Of a DNA stretch of 64,000 nt, positions 49,562 through 60,766 are shown piece by piece. The stretch comes from an uncultured bacterium (GTDB lineage Bacteria > Patescibacteriota > JABMPQ01 > CAVVCK01): the NCBI GenBank assembly GCA_963746775.1, contig CAVVCK010000001.1:483151-547150 (forward strand), read 5' to 3'. The stretch's first letter is position 1. Every line of letters begins with the position of its first letter. The position numbers and the translations under genes are program-made. A model generated the notes under the pieces. That model was not told the origin of the DNA. It saw nothing but the letters and a program-made list of their open reading frames with translations, and did no database searches.

Positions 49562-50368
49562 CTATTTTTTTATAGCTATAAGTACTTTCATATCAGTACA
49601 TTTGTTTTTATATTCATTGTAAATATCTATTGAATAGCCTTTTATATAGTGCAAGTAATCTTTTTCTAAAACGATTTCACAATTTGACTCTTCTAATATT
49701 TTTTTAATTTTATCCCATTCAATGTGGTCATCTGGAAAGACGTGAATATCCCCTTCTGCCTGATATTTAGGATTTAATATTTTTTTAATTTTGCCTGTAT
49801 ATTTAGACAATTTAAAAAATCTTTTCCAATTTTTTTCTATTTTAACTAATTTTAAAAAGTTTAGATATTCATCGTTTTTATTCCAAAAAGACTCATTGTT
49901 TTCATGATCAACGTATATTATGCCACCAGGCTTAATGACTCGTGTAAACTCTTTAATTATTGATAAATAATCTGGAATATGATGCAGAACAGAATAAGTA
50001 GCTATTAGATCAAATTGACTATCTTGAATATTTAATAAATCCTGCCCATTTAATTTCAAAAGCTCTAATTTATTAGTATGTCCGTATTTTTCTTTTACCT
50101 GTGCTAGAAAATTTTCTGAAATATCGCTAGCAGTGACGAATAAATCAAGATTAATTAAATGTTCAGTAAGATTGCCTGATCCACAACCAAAATCAAGCGC
50201 GCATTTAGGGCTAGAATTTGTATTAATAAAGCCTACAGCTTGCTTTAATTGTTCTTGAAGTCTGCCTTGCTCTATAGGATTATAAATTTCACTATGTATT
50301 TTTTCATATTTATTATAAACGCTGTTATGAGCCTTGATATTATGTTGAAGTGCACTATCTTGTTTCAT
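49562..50368 (-). CDS. Class I SAM-dependent methyltransferase
   Basis: LDFGCGSG, SVLHHIPD, IKPGG. Confidence 0.9.
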   Translation of the reverse strand: MKQDSALQHNIKAHNSVYNKYEKIHSEIYNPIEQGRLQEQLKQAVGFINTNSSPKCALDFGCGSGNLTEHLINLDLFVTASDISENFLAQVKEKYGHTNKLELLKLNGQDLLNIQDSQFDLIATYSVLHHIPDYLSIIKEFTRVIKPGGIIYVDHENNESFWNKNDEYLNFLKLVKIEKNWKRFFKLSKYTGKIKKILNPKYQAEGDIHVFPDDHIEWDKIKKILEESNCEIVLEKDYLHYIKGYSIDIYNEYKNKCTDMKVLIAIKK

Positions 50369-50442
50369 AATTAAAAATAAAATTTAATATAATTATTATT
50401 TATTATATACTTATAGTATAATATATAATAAACATTTTATAT

Positions 50443-51906
50443 ATGAATTCTTTTAGAATATCTAATATTTATATTTTTACAGCCTTAAGCACTATTGCCA
50501 TTTCCATATTGATAATAGCTTCTTTTTTTATTCCTTTTAATATTTTTCTCTATATCTTTACTGTGGGTTTAGCTTCTATTTTTATATTTAAAAAGCCAGA
50601 AGTAGGACTTTATACTATTATAGTCTCAACTTTTATTTTCGGATTTTCTTTTGGGCTACTTTCCTTTGAATGGAATGATGAGGCATATAAATTATATCCA
50701 ATTGATGTTTTGACCATAATTACTGCTCTAAGTTTTCTAGTTTTGAAATTAAAAAATCCTGATATAAAAATTAAAATTGGAGGAAAGCTTGGCTTATTAA
50801 TTTCTGTGTTTTTAGCTTTTTGCTTATTTTCTATGATTTATGGTGTAGCTAGTGGTGGAGAATTTAGTGTTGCTTTTAGCACATTTAAAAACTATGCTAT
50901 TTATTCAATATTTTTCTTCCTTACCATTAATATTATTAGGGGCAGAGATAAGCTAAAAGAGTTAATTAATATATTTTTAATAGGAGGTATTTTATTGATT
51001 CCTTTCATATTTTTAGGTCTTTTTCAAGGGTCAGGTCTTTTTATAGAATTTACTCCTCTATCTACCGAAGGAACTAGGTTGCTTGCTCCCAATCAAGGCT
51101 TTAATTTATGTATAGCTATAATTTTTGCTCTCAACCTGATTGCTTTTAAGAAGAAGCTTTTTGGAAAATTAACTACTATTATAATTTTAGTGCAAGTAAT
51201 TGGTGTAGTGGGATCACTAACTCGGCATTTATGGATAGCCTTGTTTTGCTGTGTTGTTTTAACTTTCATATTTTTACCCAGAGAAAGAAAGAAAAATTTA
51301 TTGGAGGTTTTTGCTTATCAGGGTTTGTTTTTGGTAATTATTATGATAATTTATGCTCTGGGCAGTTTTATTCTGACTCAGGAAATAAAACTTTTTGGAC
51401 TGGATTATTTGAAGGATGCTATTATTCGTTTACAGAGTTTGTTTAATTATTCATCAAGTCAGGATAGTAGTGTTTATTATAGAATATTGTCTTGGGAAAA
51501 AGCCTACAGTTTGTTTATTGGAAGTCCTATAATTGGGATTGGTTTTGGACAAAAATTATCCTTTGATCTTCTAGGTTGGCCGATAATTATTGAAGTAAGA
51601 GAATTACACAATAATTTCGTAGGTATGATTTTGCAAATGGGAATTTTAGGATTTTTAACATTTTTAATTTTTAACATTTATTTTTTAATAAAAAGCTTCG
51701 CGCTGCTTTTAAAATCAAATGAAAAATTATTTCCATATATATTAGGGGCAATAGGATGCTATGTGTTATACATAATTTCCGCTAATTTTGGTACCTACTT
51801 TGATTCCAATATTTTTAATATTTTTTATTGGATATTTTTGGGGATAATTATAGTGATAGAGGATATTAAACGGTTTGAGGTAAAAAATAAAATACAAACG
51901 GTATAA
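50443..51906 (+). CDS. O-antigen ligase family membrane protein
   Basis: Many TM helices, SLTR, YRILSW, PIIGIGFG, LHNNF..GILG. Confidence 0.85.
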   Translation: MNSFRISNIYIFTALSTIAISILIIASFFIPFNIFLYIFTVGLASIFIFKKPEVGLYTIIVSTFIFGFSFGLLSFEWNDEAYKLYPIDVLTIITALSFLVLKLKNPDIKIKIGGKLGLLISVFLAFCLFSMIYGVASGGEFSVAFSTFKNYAIYSIFFFLTINIIRGRDKLKELINIFLIGGILLIPFIFLGLFQGSGLFIEFTPLSTEGTRLLAPNQGFNLCIAIIFALNLIAFKKKLFGKLTTIIILVQVIGVVGSLTRHLWIALFCCVVLTFIFLPRERKKNLLEVFAYQGLFLVIIMIIYALGSFILTQEIKLFGLDYLKDAIIRLQSLFNYSSSQDSSVYYRILSWEKAYSLFIGSPIIGIGFGQKLSFDLLGWPIIIEVRELHNNFVGMILQMGILGFLTFLIFNIYFLIKSFALLLKSNEKLFPYILGAIGCYVLYIISANFGTYFDSNIFNIFYWIFLGIIIVIEDIKRFEVKNKIQTV

Positions 51907-51911
51907 TAAGA

Positions 51912-51995
51912 AGAAATACAGTTGAAATACATAGAAATACAATAGAAATTTATGGTATTTCAACTGTGTTTTAATTATATTTCAATTGTATTTCT
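51912..51995. repeat. ~11-nt-period palindromic element
   Basis: GAAATACAGTT GAAATACATA GAAATACAATA then GTATTTCAACT ... TGTATTTC. Confidence 0.7.
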
Positions 51996-52012
51996 TTCAT
52001 CTACATTTAACC

Positions 52013-52807
52013 ATGCTAAAACAAAAAACATACTATAAACATACAAATTATCAAAAAGAGCCAGCCGGCTTGCGTAAGCTTGATTTTATAGTGGAACAAA
52101 TTGAAAGAAGGGCGGAATTTCAAGATAAAAAGTCCATTAAAATACTAGATATAGGTTGCGGTCGGGGTAATATTTCTATTCCCTTGGCTAGTTTAAATTA
52201 TCAAGTATTGGGCATTGATTTGGATGAAAATTCTATTGAAGAAATAAATAAGAAAAATACTTTTGAAAATGCAGAATTCAGGGTGCAAGATGCAACTACG
52301 CTGGATATAAATGATAAATATGATTTTATAATTGCTTCGGAAGTAATAGAGCACATTGAAAAACCAGAAGATTTATTGAAATCTTTAAAAAATATTTTAA
52401 AAGATAAAGGGTTTTTAATTATTACTATTCCTAACGGTAAATCATGGGAAGAGAGATTTAGAAAATTTACTACCCATAGTGAAAGAGGAAAAAAATTAAA
52501 AAAAACCATAAAAGAAAAATTAGGCAGTGAAGATATAATTCAAACGCACGCTAATAGTCCTCACCTACATTTTTTTACTTTGAAAAAATTTGAAAAATTA
52601 ATTACGAGTGAAGGTTATGAAATTATTGCTTGCCAAAACCAAGCTTCAATTTTCAAAGAAGTCTATTATTTATTTTTAAGATTTATTTTAAAAAGAGGTT
52701 CAAAAGTTTTTAGATTTTTTGATAGAATAGATAATTTTTTAGCTGATATTACACCTCAGAGTATGGCGGATGGATGGATGCTTGTAATCAAATCACGAGC
52801 ACATTAA
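52013..52807 (+). CDS. Class I SAM-dependent methyltransferase
   Basis: ILDIGCGRG, SEVIEHI, ITIPN; start MLKQKTY. Confidence 0.9.
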   Translation: MLKQKTYYKHTNYQKEPAGLRKLDFIVEQIERRAEFQDKKSIKILDIGCGRGNISIPLASLNYQVLGIDLDENSIEEINKKNTFENAEFRVQDATTLDINDKYDFIIASEVIEHIEKPEDLLKSLKNILKDKGFLIITIPNGKSWEERFRKFTTHSERGKKLKKTIKEKLGSEDIIQTHANSPHLHFFTLKKFEKLITSEGYEIIACQNQASIFKEVYYLFLRFILKRGSKVFRFFDRIDNFLADITPQSMADGWMLVIKSRAH

Positions 52808-52928
52808 AACACTAGAACAATATAACAAAAAAACGACTATTTTATTTGAAACAGTCGTTTTTTATGATTTTCATTTTCAACATCTGTAACAGTTTGAACA
52901 ATTATAACATTTTTGCACTTTCTATCAG

Positions 52929-53225
52929 AACGCATAAAGGAGGAGAGAGATTTTATCCCGTAGGGGTATTTTTCTCAACCGCCTAAAAGTAGTTGAGAAA
53001 AATTCTTTATGCGTTGTAGTAAAAAATGTTTATAAAGTGTTTTATTTACCCGACTTTAGTCGGCTATTAACCTCAGGAAAATAAAATAAGATTTATTTTA
53101 GGAGTTCCAGCGAAAGTCCTTGATCCGCCGAAAGAGACGGTCTGGAGAAGAAAGACGGCTTAAGCGTCTAGTCTCCGACCTGCCTCGTCGGCAGGCAGGC
53201 TTATTAAAGGAGGGGAAAACACTAC
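52929..53225. other. Structured non-coding region: candidate ncRNA or hairpin-insertion hotspot
   Basis: AACGCATAAAG/CTTTATGCGTT and ATTTTTCTCAAC/GTTGAGAAAAAT stems, AGTGTTTT/AAAACACT closing stem, embedded GC hairpins. Confidence 0.45.
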
Positions 53226-56200
53226 TTCGCTACCGAAACACTAATACCTCCCCTAAATTTAGGATCAAAAGTATAAAATCTTAAAGGTAGCATCTCTCCT
53301 ACTGGGTTAAAAGTTAAAACTTGAGGACCTCCACCTTGAGTTGGTCCAGTTATCACTTCTATTTTGCCATCATTATCTATATCACCAATATCTAAATCAG
53401 CACCAAATAAGAAATCTCCATAAGCTTTCCATTCGCTTATTATGGTTTGATTATTATTATATCTATATATTTTAATCCAAGATTGATCACCTACAGCTGC
53501 TTGAGTAACACCAATTTCATCTTTACCATCACCATCGACATCACCAGCAGCAACTCTTACCCCACCCCTATATGATGGGTGAAAGGCAAAAAATTGAATT
53601 GGCTTTAGTATACCATTGGCTTCAAAAACTCTAATTTGAGGACCGCCGCCAGGACCAGCACCTACGATTACTTCATCTTGACCGTCTATATCAATATCGC
53701 CCATAGCTACATCTCCTCCACACTCTACTTGTCCATAAGCATTCCATTCTCCAAGCACGGGGAAGCCAGCCGAAATTCTATAGATCTTAACCCAAGCTTG
53801 TCCATTTGAAGCTTGAACTACTGCTACTTCATCTTTGCCATCGAAATCTACATCACCGGCAGCTACATTAATACCACCGTGAAAATCTTTGCTGAAGGCG
53901 AAGAAATTAGCAATTTCTTTACCATTTTCTTTGAATATTCTAACTTGCGGACCGCCGCCTTGGCCTGTGCCTGTAATTATTTCATTTTTTCCATCACCAT
54001 CCACATCCCCGAAAGCAACATCTACTCCGCCATGAAAATTTTTATCATAAACATATTGATTAAATTGAGTTGGAATACCTTCTCTATCAAAAGTTTTAAC
54101 ATGAGGATTGCCACCATAACCAGCACCTATTAATATCCTGGATTCATTACTAGATATATCTCCACTTCCGCCTCTTTCCCCAGAATTAGTTTCAGTATTA
54201 TTAGTAGAAGAAGATTCATTTTCATCACTGCTATTTGTATTATTATTATCAATATTAGTTTCATCGGGTGCAGTTACTTCTGTCATATCAAGTTCAATAG
54301 CTGTTACTGAATGAGCAGGAAAAGAATAATTAAAATTATCACCAGCGTAAGCAATACTTTTTTCTTCTATAGTTACTTGATCAGAATAATTATTGTCTGC
54401 ATTAATAGTTGGTCCATTGAGCGTATAAACCTTAGCTTCTTTTTTAACTTTAGCATTTTTAATATTAATAGAAGATCGCATAGTAGCCAGGCTATGTTTG
54501 TTAACTGCTATGATGTAAAGTTTATTCTCTTCATTATTTTTAGAAGAATAGGCAGTTAAATATGGGACGTTAGGTAAATCTGGTACGTTTCTTTTTTCAT
54601 TAACTGAAAAAGTTGGTGTATCAGTTACAGTAGTATTGGTTAATATTTGACCAAAGTGTTTAGAAAATAAAGAAATGGCTAAAGCTGCTGGTTTGGCTCT
54701 AAAATCAGTAGTATAAGCAGCCCAATGATAGTTGGTATTATTATTCAATTGATGAAATTGTCCTATTTTAACTCCTTTTTCGGCAAATTCTCCCATCAAA
54801 TCAGCAGTAGTTAGACCATAAACTAAGCTTTTACCTTTTTCATAATTTCCTGTATTAAATTCTGTAACTACGAATTCAATTTTACCAACTCGATTGGGTG
54901 CATATTTCTCTATTAAATCATTGGTTTGTTCTACTATTCCTTTGCTATTATCGTAAGCTGTATTATATTTGTTAGCAAAAGCATAGGGCGTAGCTAGGAT
55001 CTGATTATTGCTCACATCTGTCTCTGTCCAGTAAGGATAGAAATGAAAAATTACAAAATCAAAATAATCAGCTGCGTTTTTAAATACTGCCACATCCCAA
55101 TCAGATAAGCCCAAGAGCATAGTTGCACCAATTTTAATAGAGGGGTCAACTGCTTTCATGGCTTGTGAATATTCTTTAACTCTCTCTGCATACACAGAGC
55201 TTGGATTATAATTCTCACCCCAAATAAAATTTTCATTGCCAAGTTCCCAATATTTTACATTGTAATCATTATCAATATTTAATTGTTTAACCAGATTAGC
55301 AGCGCCTTGCGCTGAGTCTCTCATATTAACGCAAACTACAGGTTCAGCGTTAGTTTCACGGGCTAATCTTAATTGTCCATCAAAATCTTTTACACCCCAC
55401 GGATTATTAGAAGAATAAGGCTGATCTATCTCTGCGCGCCACATAAATCTGTAGCCAGATAGTGTTCCTGTTTGGCGGAAGGAATAGCCTATATAACCCA
55501 AATCATAGGAATTTGTGCCATTTGATTGAGTTTTTAAATTAATTGTATAGTTACCCCAGTTTTTACTGCCAGCCATTTTTATAGCTAGAGCTTGTCTTCC
55601 CTGATGAATATATTGGCCGGAAATTAAATTCCAGCCGTTATTATCATGCCAAGGAGACATGTCATCATTACCCCAGGCGTTAATGTTATCAAAATTGTCA
55701 TTAAATAGAGTTTTTCCACCGGAGCTAACTGAGACATCATCAAAAACAGTATCGTTATTATAACTAGACAGAATTCCTATTTGTCCTTTAGAAAAAGTAG
55801 AATCGCTAACATCAAAAATTAAACTATTATCAACGTAGGTTCTTATTCTGGAACCAGAAACAATAGTTTTTAAATTATATTCTCTATTAGCTTCATAGGG
55901 CACATCATCAGAAGCAAGAACTGTATAAACACCATCATCAACTCTAACAAGCATTCTGGCGCCTGGATCGTAACCCTCAATAACTCTGAATGATTTTAAG
56001 CCGTCTTCTTTGACAGCTTGTGCTAATTCTGGACTATATTCAAAATCAGAGCCACTGCTATAACCATACAGATCAGGGCTTATTTTCGATTTATTATTAT
56101 AAGCATCTATCTCGATTGTAGGATTATAGGTTAGACCGAATGATTCAATAATAGTGATAATAATAATTACCACCAAAAAAATAGCTAGAATTTCAAATAA

Positions 56201-56257
56201 ATAGGAGCCTTTATTGAAAAAATATTTTTTTAGTCTATTTTTAGGCTTTCTCTTCAT
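53222..56257 (-). CDS. Membrane-anchored clan-A glycoside hydrolase (GH51-like) with lectin-like insert and C-terminal FG-GAP repeats
   Basis: WELGNE, HFY, VTEFN, FPAHSVT; GDVDGDGKNEIITGTGQGGGPQVR repeats; likely start MKRKPK. Confidence 0.8.
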   Translation of the reverse strand: MKRKPKNRLKKYFFNKGSYLFEILAIFLVVIIIITIIESFGLTYNPTIEIDAYNNKSKISPDLYGYSSGSDFEYSPELAQAVKEDGLKSFRVIEGYDPGARMLVRVDDGVYTVLASDDVPYEANREYNLKTIVSGSRIRTYVDNSLIFDVSDSTFSKGQIGILSSYNNDTVFDDVSVSSGGKTLFNDNFDNINAWGNDDMSPWHDNNGWNLISGQYIHQGRQALAIKMAGSKNWGNYTINLKTQSNGTNSYDLGYIGYSFRQTGTLSGYRFMWRAEIDQPYSSNNPWGVKDFDGQLRLARETNAEPVVCVNMRDSAQGAANLVKQLNIDNDYNVKYWELGNENFIWGENYNPSSVYAERVKEYSQAMKAVDPSIKIGATMLLGLSDWDVAVFKNAADYFDFVIFHFYPYWTETDVSNNQILATPYAFANKYNTAYDNSKGIVEQTNDLIEKYAPNRVGKIEFVVTEFNTGNYEKGKSLVYGLTTADLMGEFAEKGVKIGQFHQLNNNTNYHWAAYTTDFRAKPAALAISLFSKHFGQILTNTTVTDTPTFSVNEKRNVPDLPNVPYLTAYSSKNNEENKLYIIAVNKHSLATMRSSINIKNAKVKKEAKVYTLNGPTINADNNYSDQVTIEEKSIAYAGDNFNYSFPAHSVTAIELDMTEVTAPDETNIDNNNTNSSDENESSSTNNTETNSGERGGSGDISSNESRILIGAGYGGNPHVKTFDREGIPTQFNQYVYDKNFHGGVDVAFGDVDGDGKNEIITGTGQGGGPQVRIFKENGKEIANFFAFSKDFHGGINVAAGDVDFDGKDEVAVVQASNGQAWVKIYRISAGFPVLGEWNAYGQVECGGDVAMGDIDIDGQDEVIVGAGPGGGPQIRVFEANGILKPIQFFAFHPSYRGGVRVAAGDVDGDGKDEIGVTQAAVGDQSWIKIYRYNNNQTIISEWKAYGDFLFGADLDIGDIDNDGKIEVITGPTQGGGPQVLTFNPVGEMLPLRFYTFDPKFRGGISVSVAK

Positions 56258-56514
56258 ATGTAATTGATTTTTCGAACATAATATAGTATCATAAAATAAT
56301 AAAAATGTCAACAGTAACTTTATTTTAATGTATTTATATAAATATTACAGAATAAAAAACATTTAACATTCAAGTGGTATTGAATGTTTTTTACAACATT
56401 TTGTTTTAAAATAAACAAAAATGGGGTTATTATTTAGGCCAGAACATTGTTCCAGGGTGTAAATAGTAATAAAAAAGTGTTTAATATAATGGTATTTTAT
56501 GTTATTATAAAAAT

Positions 56515-56844
56515 ATGAAATTAGTTATAATAATTACTCAAAAAGAAGATTCAAAAAAGCTAGGAGATGTTTTAGTTGAAAATAAATATCAACTAACCAA
56601 GCTGGATAGTTCTGGTGGTTTTTTGAAAAAGAAAAATTATACTTTTTTGGTTGGTATTGATGATAATAAGCTTGATAATTTATTAGAGTTGATCGAAAAG
56701 ATATGTAGGAAAAGAAAAGAGATTATTACTGCTCCTGATTTTGGCGGTGCATTAGGTGAAACCTTAATAACCAATGGGGCTAAGGTGCAAGAGGGTGGAG
56801 CAATTGTTTTTGTAACGGAAGTTTCTAAATTTATGAAAGTATAA
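56515..56844 (+). CDS. PII-like cyclic-di-AMP receptor (DarA/PstA family)
   Basis: MKLVIII, TKLDSSGGFLKKKNYTFLVG, GGAIVFV. Confidence 0.88.
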   Translation: MKLVIIITQKEDSKKLGDVLVENKYQLTKLDSSGGFLKKKNYTFLVGIDDNKLDNLLELIEKICRKRKEIITAPDFGGALGETLITNGAKVQEGGAIVFVTEVSKFMKV

Positions 56845-56850
56845 ACGCGA

Positions 56851-56905
56851 TACTAATATACTAATGCATACGAATTATACTAATATGAACATTGTAAATT
56901 AGTAT
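56851..56905. repeat. ACTAAT/ACGAAT short-period element
   Basis: TACTAATA TACTAATGCA TACGAATTA TACTAAT ... ATTAGTA. Confidence 0.5.
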
Positions 56906-56909
56906 TAAG

Positions 56910-57212
56910 TTAATCTGTAACTTTATATTGAATTCTTACTACGGTATTTTCACCAAATTCCTCATTAATTGCTTCAGTTATTTGGAAAGACATCATTTGA
57001 ATTTCATTAGCCCACAGGGAATTTTTTACCATTATCGTTAAAATATTATTTTGAAATGAAAAAGCCTTTACGCAACCTTGGCTTTTTTTATTTTTTTCTA
57101 AAATTACTTTATCAGAATAGTCACAAATTCTGGCAGCCTCAACCTGAGCTGAGACACCCGCCTTGTTTAATGATTTTAGAAGCAATTCTTTATTTATTTT
57201 TATGGGCAGCAT
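56910..57212 (-). CDS. DUF721/DciA family protein
   Basis: LTIMVKNSLWANEI..I..IN..FG..V..I; directly downstream of recF. Confidence 0.75.
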   Translation of the reverse strand: MLPIKINKELLLKSLNKAGVSAQVEAARICDYSDKVILEKNKKSQGCVKAFSFQNNILTIMVKNSLWANEIQMMSFQITEAINEEFGENTVVRIQYKVTD

Positions 57213-57219
57213 TTTAAAA

Positions 57220-57325
57220 AATGATTAATGATTAAATCATAATGTCGAATAAATGACAAATGTTTAATTTAGAATTTAATATTAGACATTTGTCATTTTA
57301 AATTTATTCATCATTCTGGTTTTTC
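57220..57325. mobile_element. Gene-less copy of the four-helix-bundle cassette
   Basis: 57241-57260 matches 43646-43665 at 19/20; 57301-57322 matches 44074-44095 at 21/22. Confidence 0.8.
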
Positions 57326-58414
57326 TTAATTCTTAATTTTTGTGATTTCAGCCTCGCTAATTAATTCCCTTCCAATAAGCTCAAGTTCAGTTGTCGTAAT
57401 TATTGTCTGTTGATCTCTAGCTATTTTAACAATATTACGTCGATGTTCAAAGTCTAATTCAGAAAAAATATCGTCGAGCAGTAAAATTGGCTTTATTCTA
57501 AAAACTTCTTTAGAAAAGGAGAGTTCGGCTAATTTTAGAGCTAAGATAATACTTCTAGTTTCCCCTCTTGAGGCAAAATAGCTAGCATTTTTATTTTCTA
57601 ATAACATTTCAAAATCATCTCGATGTGGTCCTACTAAAGTTCTATTTCTTCTAATTTCATCTGATAGTTTTTCTCTAAGTTTTTTTCTAAATTCTTCTTC
57701 GAAATTTTCTAAATTAATTTCTTTTAATTTTGATTTATATTTAATTTGTAACTTTTTTCCCTTCAAACCTATTTGCGAAACAAACTCTGGCAATTTTCTA
57801 TTTATAAAATTTATTAAATAGGCTCTTTTCCTAAAAATATTTTTGCTTAAGTTAATTAATCTCTCATTCCAAAATTCTAGTATGCTAGGATCAACTCCCT
57901 TTTCTTTTATTTCAAACAAAAGCTTATTTCTATTTAATAAGATTTTTTTTAATTCAGCTATTTCCTGATAATATTTTCTGTCTGCCTGAGAAATAACGAT
58001 ATTTAAATATCTTCTTCTGATACTTGGTGATTCTGAAATCAAATTTAAATCTTCCGGACAAAACAAAACAATAAAAAATTGCCCAACTAAACTAGATACC
58101 GACTTTACATTATTATTAATTTTTATAATCTTTTTCTGTCCTTTAGTTTTTGATAAATATATTTCTACTTCAGTTATATTGTTTTCTTTTTCAAAAATTC
58201 CTTCACATCTGGCAAAATCACCACCCCAATTGATTAATTCGTGATCAGCTTTAGCTCGAAATGATTTAGGTAGAGACAGAAATCTGATGGCTTCTAGAAT
58301 ATTTGTTTTACCCGAAGCGTTAGGACCATAAAAAACAGTAATATTTTTATTAAAGTTATGTTGAAAATCTGGGTGATTACGGAAATTGTGGAGTTTTAAT
58401 AGTTTAAGCTTCAT
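57326..58414 (-). CDS. recF: DNA replication/repair protein RecF
   Basis: FRNH, GPNASGKTNILEAI, GPHRDD, ASRGE, LLLDDIFSELD. Confidence 0.96.
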   Translation of the reverse strand: MKLKLLKLHNFRNHPDFQHNFNKNITVFYGPNASGKTNILEAIRFLSLPKSFRAKADHELINWGGDFARCEGIFEKENNITEVEIYLSKTKGQKKIIKINNNVKSVSSLVGQFFIVLFCPEDLNLISESPSIRRRYLNIVISQADRKYYQEIAELKKILLNRNKLLFEIKEKGVDPSILEFWNERLINLSKNIFRKRAYLINFINRKLPEFVSQIGLKGKKLQIKYKSKLKEINLENFEEEFRKKLREKLSDEIRRNRTLVGPHRDDFEMLLENKNASYFASRGETRSIILALKLAELSFSKEVFRIKPILLLDDIFSELDFEHRRNIVKIARDQQTIITTTELELIGRELISEAEITKIKN

Positions 58415-58496
58415 AATTTTTCTATTATCTAATTTTAGCCTAGAGTTTTTTAACTGTAAAGATTACGAAGATAAAAAATCTTCTAATTTAAATTTC

Positions 58497-58530
58497 AGAC
58501 GTCCGATGTCTTAAAAGACATCGGACGTCT
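58497..58530. repeat. GC-rich perfect hairpin (REP-like)
   Basis: AGACGTCCGATGTCTT-AA-AAGACATCGGACGTCT in a divergent intergenic region. Confidence 0.75.
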
Positions 58531-58665
58531 TTGTTTTTTGATTATCGGGTTTTGGTTTAAGTGGAAATTAGCCTATAGAAAGTAAATTTACATTATATAA
58601 TAGTAATGAAAACATTTTAGACTTTTTTATATAAAATTGATTTTATATTTGATAAATATAGAATA

Positions 58666-58694
58666 TTGACGTAGAATAAAACAAAAGATATAAT
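58666..58694 (+). promoter_or_regulatory. sigma70 promoter of infB operon
   Basis: TTGACG-17-TATAAT. Confidence 0.7.
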
Positions 58695-58750
58695 TATCTG
58701 CTTATTTTGAATTATAAAAAGTATTTTAATAACATCTAAAATCAAATTTC

Positions 58751-60685
58751 ATGAATATAACCATTCTCTCCAAAAGATTAAATATGCCCGTCCCAGAGCT
58801 TATGAAGAAAATTGCGAGCTTCGGCTTTAAATTACGCAATAATACTAAGAAAATAAGTGATAGAAAAGCCAAAGAGATTATTAAGAAAGTTGAGCGGGAG
58901 AGAAGAGAAGCTGCTAATAAAAAAGAAGAAGTATATGAAGTACCAGAGAAAATAGCTCTATCTTCTTCAGTGACAGTTAAAGAATTTGCTGAGAAGCTTA
59001 ATATGCCCGTAACCAAAGTTATTCCGGAACTGATGAAAAATGGCATTATGGCCACCATCAATGAAGAGATTGATTATGAAACAGCCGCCATTATAGCAGA
59101 GGAGATGGGTGTAAAGGTAGAAGAACACAGAGAAGAAAAAGATATTTTAAAAGAAGAAGGAGTTAGAAAGAAAATTTTAAAACAATTAGCAGGTGAGAAA
59201 GCAACAGATTTAAAAAGTAGACCTCCGGTTGTCTGCGTCTTGGGTCATGTTGATCATGGGAAAACAACCCTGCTTGATGCTATTCGAGAAACCAATATAG
59301 TTGAAGGTGAGTCAGGTGGTATTACTCAGCATATTGGTGCTTATCAAGCAAAGATTAAAGGTAAAAATATTACTTTCCTAGATACTCCAGGACACGAAGC
59401 GTTTAAGGCTATGCGTGAGCGAGGTGCTAAGGTAACTGATATCGCAATTTTGGTGGTAGCTGCTGATGATAGCGTTCAGCCTCAAACTGCTGAGGCTATA
59501 GCACATATCAAGAAAGCCAAGGTCCCGATGGTGGTAGCTATTAACAAAATAGATAAACCAGAGGCAGATGTTGAGAAAACCAAAAAACAATTGGCGGATC
59601 ACGATGTTCTAACTGAAGAATGGGGTGGAGATACTGTTTGTGTGGAAATATCCGCTAAACAAAAGATAAATCTAGATAAATTATTGGAATCAATATTACT
59701 TGTTTCTGAAATGGAAGAACTAAAAGCAAGTCCCGAAACTCGCGCTGTGGGAACTATTATTGAATCTAATATGGATGCTAATCAAGGACCAGTGGCGACA
59801 GTATTGGTACAAAACGGAACTTTGAAACTTAATGATCCGGTGACAGTTTTTGGCATTATAGGAACTATTAAATCAATGGAAAATTTTAAAGGTGAGAAGA
59901 TAGAGTATGCCGAGCCTTCTACGCCAGTTAGAATATTAGGCTTAGAAAAAGTTCCTGAAGTCGGAGATATTTTACAAGTAGAAGATAGTAGAGAGGAAGC
60001 TAGAAAAAAAATAGGCAGTTTTAAAAAAATAAAAAATATTTCTAAAAAATATAAAAATGATAAAAATAGCAAAGTAAAAACTTTAAACATTATCTTAACT
60101 GCTGATGTGCAAGGATCATTGGAAGCAATAATGTCTGAATTCAATAAAATTGAGATTGAGGGTGTTAACTTACAAATTGTGAATTTCAAAGTAGGAAAAA
60201 TTAGTGAGTCTGATGTAATGATGGCTTCATCTTCTAACGCTATGATTATTGGTTTTAATAATAGCATTACTTCAGTAGCTTCTAGAATGGCTGAAGATAG
60301 AAAGGTTGATGTTAAAATTTACAAAATAATTTATGAGATGCTGGATGAATTAAAAGCAAAGCTAGAGAGTATGGTAGAAATAGAACTAGAATTAGCTAAA
60401 ATAGGTAAATTGGAAGTATTGGCAATCTTTAGAACAGAAAAAGATAAAAGAATTATAGGGGGGAAAGTGGTTTCAGGTAAAATGAAAAGAGGAGTAGTAG
60501 CTAAAATAGTAAGAGATGACCAAGTGATTGGTGAAGGTAAATTATCTAATTTGCAATTAGGCAAAAAAGATACTGCCGAAGTTGATAGTGGAAAAGAATG
60601 CGGAATTACCTTTACTGGGCATGTTAAAATTAAAGAAGGAGACGTGTTGGAGGCTTATGAAGAGAGGGAAGTAAAACGTAAATAG
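58751..60685 (+). CDS. infB: Translation initiation factor IF-2
   Basis: [34 protein letters not shown]. Confidence 0.98.
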   Translation: MNITILSKRLNMPVPELMKKIASFGFKLRNNTKKISDRKAKEIIKKVERERREAANKKEEVYEVPEKIALSSSVTVKEFAEKLNMPVTKVIPELMKNGIMATINEEIDYETAAIIAEEMGVKVEEHREEKDILKEEGVRKKILKQLAGEKATDLKSRPPVVCVLGHVDHGKTTLLDAIRETNIVEGESGGITQHIGAYQAKIKGKNITFLDTPGHEAFKAMRERGAKVTDIAILVVAADDSVQPQTAEAIAHIKKAKVPMVVAINKIDKPEADVEKTKKQLADHDVLTEEWGGDTVCVEISAKQKINLDKLLESILLVSEMEELKASPETRAVGTIIESNMDANQGPVATVLVQNGTLKLNDPVTVFGIIGTIKSMENFKGEKIEYAEPSTPVRILGLEKVPEVGDILQVEDSREEARKKIGSFKKIKNISKKYKNDKNSKVKTLNIILTADVQGSLEAIMSEFNKIEIEGVNLQIVNFKVGKISESDVMMASSSNAMIIGFNNSITSVASRMAEDRKVDVKIYKIIYEMLDELKAKLESMVEIELELAKIGKLEVLAIFRTEKDKRIIGGKVVSGKMKRGVVAKIVRDDQVIGEGKLSNLQLGKKDTAEVDSGKECGITFTGHVKIKEGDVLEAYEEREVKRK

Positions 60686-60757
60686 TAATTATACATTAGA
60701 CATTAGGAAGAACATATTTGTATCTCCCCTTTACTAATTGCTAATGTCTATTGTTCA
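60684..60757. repeat. Heptamer-period palindromic element; gene-less counterpart of 63163-63343
   Basis: 60684-60706 matches 63163-63185 at 20/23; ACATTAG units and inverted CTAATGT/CTAATTG units. Confidence 0.7.
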
Positions 60758-60766
60758 GTCATAAAA

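Noticed and set aside
53110-53163. RNase P RNA (GAAAGTCC ... CGGCTTA resemble the P4 strands)
   Set aside because: Only about 40 nt separate the motifs and the other conserved regions are absent
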